Program-made: the position numbers and the translations under genes
Source of the DNA: an uncultured Alphaproteobacteria bacterium
GTDB lineage: Bacteria; Pseudomonadota; Alphaproteobacteria; RF32; CAG-239
DNA: 64,000 nt
Assembly: GCA_944391465.1 (NCBI GenBank)
Contig: CALXTS010000001.1
Span: 26,441-90,440 of the forward strand
Direction of reading: 5' to 3'
The notes under the pieces: model-generated
What the model was told of the DNA's origin: nothing
Databases searched by the model: none
Seen by the model: the letters and a program-made list of their open reading frames with translations, nothing else
Part shown: piece by piece, positions 59,485 through 64,000 of the stretch
Position numbering within the stretch: position 1 is the first letter of the stretch
How the letters are laid out: each line of letters begins with the position of its first letter

Positions 59485-60447
59485 ATGGAAAAAATTCGGG
59501 ATTTGTTTACGAATCATTATGTGTTGCCAGAGAGTTGGCTATGGGTGATTTTTGGAATCGCTGTTGTTATTTTATTGGCGTGGGATTTGTTTTTCTTTAA
59601 TCGAAAAAATGAGGTTCCGAATTTTATTCATACTTTAGTTCTTTGTATTGTATATATTTTGGCGGCTTGTGTCTTTGGCGTCTTTGTGATGTATGAAGAG
59701 GGGTTTGATAAAGGTATGTTATTCTTTACCGGTTTCTTGGTGGAGAAGAGCTTGTCTCTTGATAATATCTTTATTATTTCCGTTGTTTTCACAAGTTTGG
59801 GAATTCCTCGGATGTATCAGCATAGAGTCTTGTTTTGGGGAATCTTAGGGGCAATTGTTATGCGTGCCGTCTTAATCGGTGTCGGTGGTGCTCTTATCTC
59901 AAACTTCCATTGGGTCTTATATCTGTTCTCAGCTTTTTTGGTTTATACCGGTGTCAAAATGTTGGTTACAAAGCATGATGAAGAAGGCAAGTTTGAAGAC
60001 AGTCGCTTATATAATTTTATGCGTAAGATTTTTCATGTGACGCATGAAATTCGTGGAGAGCATTTCTTTGTTAAAGAAAACGGAAAACATTACATTACGC
60101 CTTTGTTCTTTGCTCTGGTTACGATTGAGACAATGGACGTTATTTTTGCTTTGGACAGTATTCCGGCCATTTTCTTGCTGACTCAAGATATCTTTATTGT
60201 TTATACAAGTAATATTTTCGCAATTTTGGGTTTGAGAGCGTTATATTTCTTGCTTGAAGCGGCCGTTCATAAATTTACATATCTTAAACCGGCACTTTCT
60301 ATTATTTTGATATTTATCGGGTTAAAGATATTTGCTCCACATTTGGGAATAGAGTTGCAGGCTTGGCATTCTCTTAGTGTAACATTTGGTTTGCTGTTTG
60401 CCGCAATTGTTATGTCTTTGTTGAAAAGTGATAAGAAAATAGCTTAA
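59485..60447 (+). CDS. TerC family integral membrane protein (Alx/YkoY-like).
   Basis: LSLDNIFIISVVF and ALDSIPAIFLLTQDIFIVYTSNIFAILGLRALYF duplicated TerC motifs. Confidence 0.8.
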   Translation: MEKIRDLFTNHYVLPESWLWVIFGIAVVILLAWDLFFFNRKNEVPNFIHTLVLCIVYILAACVFGVFVMYEEGFDKGMLFFTGFLVEKSLSLDNIFIISVVFTSLGIPRMYQHRVLFWGILGAIVMRAVLIGVGGALISNFHWVLYLFSAFLVYTGVKMLVTKHDEEGKFEDSRLYNFMRKIFHVTHEIRGEHFFVKENGKHYITPLFFALVTIETMDVIFALDSIPAIFLLTQDIFIVYTSNIFAILGLRALYFLLEAAVHKFTYLKPALSIILIFIGLKIFAPHLGIELQAWHSLSVTFGLLFAAIVMSLLKSDKKIA

Positions 60448-60458
60448 TTGGATGAAAT

Positions 60459-60893
60459 ATGGGAGTGAATAAAATAAAAATGTGGGCTGTTTATGCTTTG
60501 TTGTCGGCTTTTTTTGCTGCCGCAACTTCGATTTTGGCAAAAATCGGAATTGAAAATGTTGATTCCAATTTAGCTACGGCAATTCGAACCGTTGTAATTA
60601 TGTTTTTGGCGGCGGGAATTGTTTATGTTACCGGTGTACATCATCAAATTCCCGAAATATCTTCTAAAAGTTGGTTGTTTTTGGTTTTATCAGGAATTGC
60701 AACCGGATTGTCCTGGTTGTTTTATTTTAAGGCCTTGCAAATGGGAGAGGCTTCAAAGGTTGTTCCGGTTGATAAGTTTAGTGTGGTTATCAGCATGATT
60801 ATGGCTTTTGTCTTTTTGCATGAGGCTGTTACTCTTAAAGTTGTTTGTGGCGGTCTTTTAATTACTCTCGGAACTTTTATTCTGATTTTGTAG
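60459..60893 (+). CDS. Small EamA-like (DMT superfamily) 4-TM transporter.
   Basis: A 144-aa protein with 4 TM helices and a single EamA-like half-domain. Confidence 0.6.
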   Translation: MGVNKIKMWAVYALLSAFFAAATSILAKIGIENVDSNLATAIRTVVIMFLAAGIVYVTGVHHQIPEISSKSWLFLVLSGIATGLSWLFYFKALQMGEASKVVPVDKFSVVISMIMAFVFLHEAVTLKVVCGGLLITLGTFILIL

Positions 60894-60959
60894 TTGCAAG
60901 TTCTAAAAAAAATCCCTCTCTTTGATTATATTTACCAAATATAATTGAGGAGAGGGGCT

Positions 60960-61457
60960 ATGACTGTTTTTGTTAATGATAAAATGCAGCGTAATTATAC
61001 CTATGAGCTCAGTGAACCAGAAGGGGAAAATTTTGCTGATGATTTCAAACCTGAGTTTTCTCCTCAAAAGATGTTGGAACTCGGCGTATTTGAGGGAAAA
61101 TATTTAAATGATTGCCGCGGAGAATTTCCTAAATCTTGGTTTGAAAATGCAAAACTTTCTTTAGGTGATGGTGATATTAATTGTAATTTCTTTAAAGTGA
61201 AATCTCGGTTGCCTTTATCGCTATGGCAAAGAAAAGGTTGGATTATTGATCCTGATCCCAGAGGGTGGTTTCAGTGGTATTGTCGTTATTACAGAGGACG
61301 CAGAATTCCTGAGGTCGATGATATTCAGATTAAACGGTGGCGTTCATTTAAACGGCATCAGGCGCAGATTATAAAAAATTGCCTGCCTTATGATTTGGAT
61401 TGTCGTAAAAAACAAAGGCAGGCTTTACTTCAATGGGCATATAATCCATTTATTTGA
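60960..61457 (+). CDS. Conserved hypothetical protein with a Trp/Arg-rich motif (GWFQWYCRYYRGRR). No function is assigned.
   Basis: A clean ORF. The start is taken at MTVFV. Confidence 0.5.
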   Translation: MTVFVNDKMQRNYTYELSEPEGENFADDFKPEFSPQKMLELGVFEGKYLNDCRGEFPKSWFENAKLSLGDGDINCNFFKVKSRLPLSLWQRKGWIIDPDPRGWFQWYCRYYRGRRIPEVDDIQIKRWRSFKRHQAQIIKNCLPYDLDCRKKQRQALLQWAYNPFI

Positions 61458-61461
61458 ATGA

Positions 61462-62877
61462 TTATTCCGCAGGAGTACTTTCTAAATTAATTTTATGCGG
61501 CATAGGTTGTATTTTTTGCGCCTTCCATTTGATTGCCAGTTTTGAACGTCTGTGGCTGAGTTTGCGTATGGTTACAATGTAACCTATAAAGACAACTGAT
61601 GAAGCGGCAATCCAAGCAATCGGTCCTGCATAGCAAATACCGACATATCCTAATTTGGGTGCAAGATAAGCTGCGGCAAATGAGCGCATAACTAACTCCA
61701 TGATTCCCGCTATTAAAGGAATAATCGAATCCCCCATTCCTTGAAGTGTATTCCTATATATAAATATTTGTCCGAGGAAAAAGTAAAATAGAGTACTTAT
61801 ATTAAGATACTGTCTGGCTGTATCAATGATAATCGGATTTTCCCCTTCAATAAAAATTCCAACCATTCCTTCTCCAACAAAGCGTACCAACAAAGCTATA
61901 AAGATACTGAAGGAAAGTGATATCAAAGAGCTGTTTTGTACTCCCGTACGGATACGTCCAATCATTCCGGCTCCGCAGTTTTGGGCGGTGTATGTGGCCA
62001 TTGCTATTCCCAAAGCGACCATCGGTTGGGTTGCCAATTGTTCAATACGCAAAGCGGCCGTGAATGCAGCGATAGTGTCTGCTCCGAAAGAATTGCAGAC
62101 GCTTTGGACAAACATTAATCCTAATGATAAAATGGAAAATTGAATTGCCATCGGGATAGCAATATTTAAATGTGCCATCATGTATTTACGGTCGAGTTTC
62201 CAGTCTTGTTTGCGTATTCTTAATAAGGGATATTTTTTACGCATATAAATCATACAACTAACTGCTGAGAACGTCATAGCTATGGCGGTTCCGATTGCTG
62301 AGCCGACAACTCCAAAATTAAGAAAATAAATCAGACAGAAGTTTAAAATGATGTTCAAGATTGTTGAAAATATTAAAAAATAAAGAGGGGTTTTGCTATC
62401 GCCCAAAGCGCGTATAAATCCAGATAAAAGGTTATAGCCAACAATCATTATTAATGAATAAGATAAGACAATCATAAAGTTGTATGCATCTTCCATAATT
62501 TCTGCAGGAACATTCATCAATTGTAAAAGTTTACGCATGAAAGTTATCAGAAAAATTGTCATTATCAGGCTTAGCCCTAATGCAGCCGTTAAACTATGTG
62601 TGACTGATTTGCGAACGCCTTCGGCATCTTTGGCTCCGAAACGTTGTGCCGTTATTACGGTTAAACCTCCCGTAAATCCAAGAGTTACCAATATAACAAC
62701 GAAAAATATCGGGGCAGAAGCTCCGACTGCCGCTAATGCATTAATGCCAATCAGCCGTCCGACTATAATAATGTCAGAAATTTGATATAGTTGCTGAAAT
62801 ATGTTGCCAATTAAAAGCGGAACTGCAAATTTTAGTATTAATTTGGTCGGATTGCCGGCCGTCATGTCTTTTATCAT
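61462..62877 (-). CDS. MATE family efflux transporter (NorM-like).
   Basis: 12 TM helices and an N-terminal LLIGNIFQQLYQISDIIIVGRLIG motif typical of MATE. Confidence 0.85.
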   Translation of the reverse strand: MIKDMTAGNPTKLILKFAVPLLIGNIFQQLYQISDIIIVGRLIGINALAAVGASAPIFFVVILVTLGFTGGLTVITAQRFGAKDAEGVRKSVTHSLTAALGLSLIMTIFLITFMRKLLQLMNVPAEIMEDAYNFMIVLSYSLIMIVGYNLLSGFIRALGDSKTPLYFLIFSTILNIILNFCLIYFLNFGVVGSAIGTAIAMTFSAVSCMIYMRKKYPLLRIRKQDWKLDRKYMMAHLNIAIPMAIQFSILSLGLMFVQSVCNSFGADTIAAFTAALRIEQLATQPMVALGIAMATYTAQNCGAGMIGRIRTGVQNSSLISLSFSIFIALLVRFVGEGMVGIFIEGENPIIIDTARQYLNISTLFYFFLGQIFIYRNTLQGMGDSIIPLIAGIMELVMRSFAAAYLAPKLGYVGICYAGPIAWIAASSVVFIGYIVTIRKLSHRRSKLAIKWKAQKIQPMPHKINLESTPAE

Positions 62878-63036
62878 TCTGATTTCCTGTCTTTTTTCTT
62901 AAGAATCTCTTTTATTTTTAAAGCCAATGGAATTTAAGGCTATATCTTTTAAATGTAAAGTATAAATTTACATTATTTTAGTATGTTAAAGGTATATTTA
63001 GGTATAAATTTTAGTTTTATAACCAAAGGAGATAAT

Positions 63037-63333
63037 ATGCATATTATATTGTTGTTTGCTGTAATTTATATTGGGATTGCAGAATGGCGGATTGCAGATT
63101 TAAGAAAAAAACTCAAAGGGTATCGTCAACTTAGTATAAAACTTGATAAAGATCAGAGTGTTTGGTATTCCGGCGTGTTGCCTAAAGCTGAAGCGCTGTG
63201 CTTGTTTCAAGAAACAAATGGAACTTATTTACTTTCAAAATTATCTGATAAACATTGGTTAAAAAAAGATGGACAGGTCGATTTTGAAAAAATAAAAAGA
63301 TGGGCTTATGTTGATGATTTGGACAAAATTTAA
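63037..63333 (+). CDS. Hypothetical small protein with one N-terminal TM helix.
   Basis: GGAG RBS upstream of MHIILLFAVIYIGI. Confidence 0.4.
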   Translation: MHIILLFAVIYIGIAEWRIADLRKKLKGYRQLSIKLDKDQSVWYSGVLPKAEALCLFQETNGTYLLSKLSDKHWLKKDGQVDFEKIKRWAYVDDLDKI

Positions 63334-63404
63334 GATTGACTCATTATCTAAAAAGCAATAAGTTTCAAAATATTCAACAAAATATTGGTGAAAATGAACG
63401 TAAA

Positions 63405-64000
63405 ATGAAACAAGAACTTTTGGCTCCTGCCGGAGATATTAACGCCGGATATGCAGCTCTTTATTATGGCGCAGATGCCGTTTATTTGGGATTGCAACAG
63501 TTTTCGGCACGGGCAACCGCGGTTAATTTTAGTGATGAAAACTTAGATGAATTTGTCGGCTTTGCTCACTCTTTAGGGCGTAAGGTATATGTTACGATTA
63601 ATACTCTGGTGCAAGAAAAAGAACTCTCTGATTTGCTTAAAACATTAGACGTTTGTTCAAAATACAAAGTTGATGCCATTATTTTGCAAGATTTGGGTGT
63701 TGCCGGAATTATTCGCAAATATTATCCGGAGCTTGAATTGCATGCAAGTACTCAAATGGCGGTTCATAATAAAGAAGGGGCTTTAGCTTTACAGAAAATT
63801 GGTTTTTCCAGAGTTGTGTTGGCTCGAGAATTGACTTTGCCGGAAATTACGGAAATCGCTCAGATTCCAAATTTGGAAACCGAGGCTTTTATTCATGGGG
63901 CATTATGTTATTCTTATAGCGGATTGTGTTTGTTTTCTTCTGTTTTAACCGGAAAAAGTGCTAATCGCGGTAAATGTCTGTATCCGTGTCGCTCTTGTTT
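63405..64000 (+). CDS. Peptidase U32 family protein (RlhA/TrhP-like), 3'-partial. The gene runs off the window.
   Basis: MKQELLAPAGDINAGYAALYYGADAVYLG ... ELHASTQM ... CYSYSGLC, the signature of the U32 family. Confidence 0.8.
   Translation, partial: MKQELLAPAGDINAGYAALYYGADAVYLGLQQFSARATAVNFSDENLDEFVGFAHSLGRKVYVTINTLVQEKELSDLLKTLDVCSKYKVDAIILQDLGVAGIIRKYYPELELHASTQMAVHNKEGALALQKIGFSRVVLARELTLPEITEIAQIPNLETEAFIHGALCYSYSGLCLFSSVLTGKSANRGKCLYPCRSC

Noticed and set aside
1-64000. CRISPR arrays, IS elements, transposases and integrases.
   Set aside because: No regularly spaced short repeats and no transposase- or integrase-like ORFs were found on either strand.

Overview
This 64 kb window reads as an AT-rich alphaproteobacterial chromosome segment. 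The evidence is TrmFO, the ChpT phosphotransferase, hpnCDE, DUF374-kdtA-lpxK synteny and the dnaG-rpoD pairing. The gene content and low GC suggest a host-associated or symbiont lifestyle, but no taxon is claimed.

Most of the window is housekeeping: dnaG (5' partial), rpoD, recA, fabI, sppA, gatCAB, recJ, mgtE, lspA, an M16 peptidase pair, pgi, mutL, zupT, lpxK/kdtA, lon and hupB. There are four tRNAs (Met-CAT, Leu-GAG, Ser-GCT, Val-TAC) and several well-formed rho-independent terminators. No CRISPR array, IS element, transposase or integrase was recognised.

Accessory and unusual content, in rough order of interest:
- A compact three-gene cassette next to tRNA-Ser: a SNF2-like ATPase with degenerate motifs, a PP-loop PAPS-reductase-like protein (IbrA/DndC-like) and a ParB/DGQHR-like protein (IbrB/DndB-like). 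This is the best candidate for an uncharacterised DNA-modification or defence module.
- A hypothetical-protein cluster at 8.2-13.4 kb that ends in an orphan phage T7 gp17-like tail-fibre gene.
- An hpnCDE squalene-synthesis operon with no cyclase in the window.
- A chpT / receiver / cheR operon whose receiver has an unusual K-to-R substitution at the conserved lysine.
- Two tandem secreted cysteine-rich proteins with eukaryote-like ephrin-receptor/GCC2-GCC3-type motifs.
- A secreted protein with four EF-hand loops.
- A Panacea-domain protein upstream of a DUF192 protein that carries a 63-bp tandem repeat.
- A PQ-loop (SemiSWEET-like) domain fused to a degenerate GGDEF domain with an intact I-site.
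- A truncated CAT-like ORF.
- An orphan fliN placed ahead of LPS-core genes.

All calls are from reading the sequence and remembered family motifs. No database searches were run.
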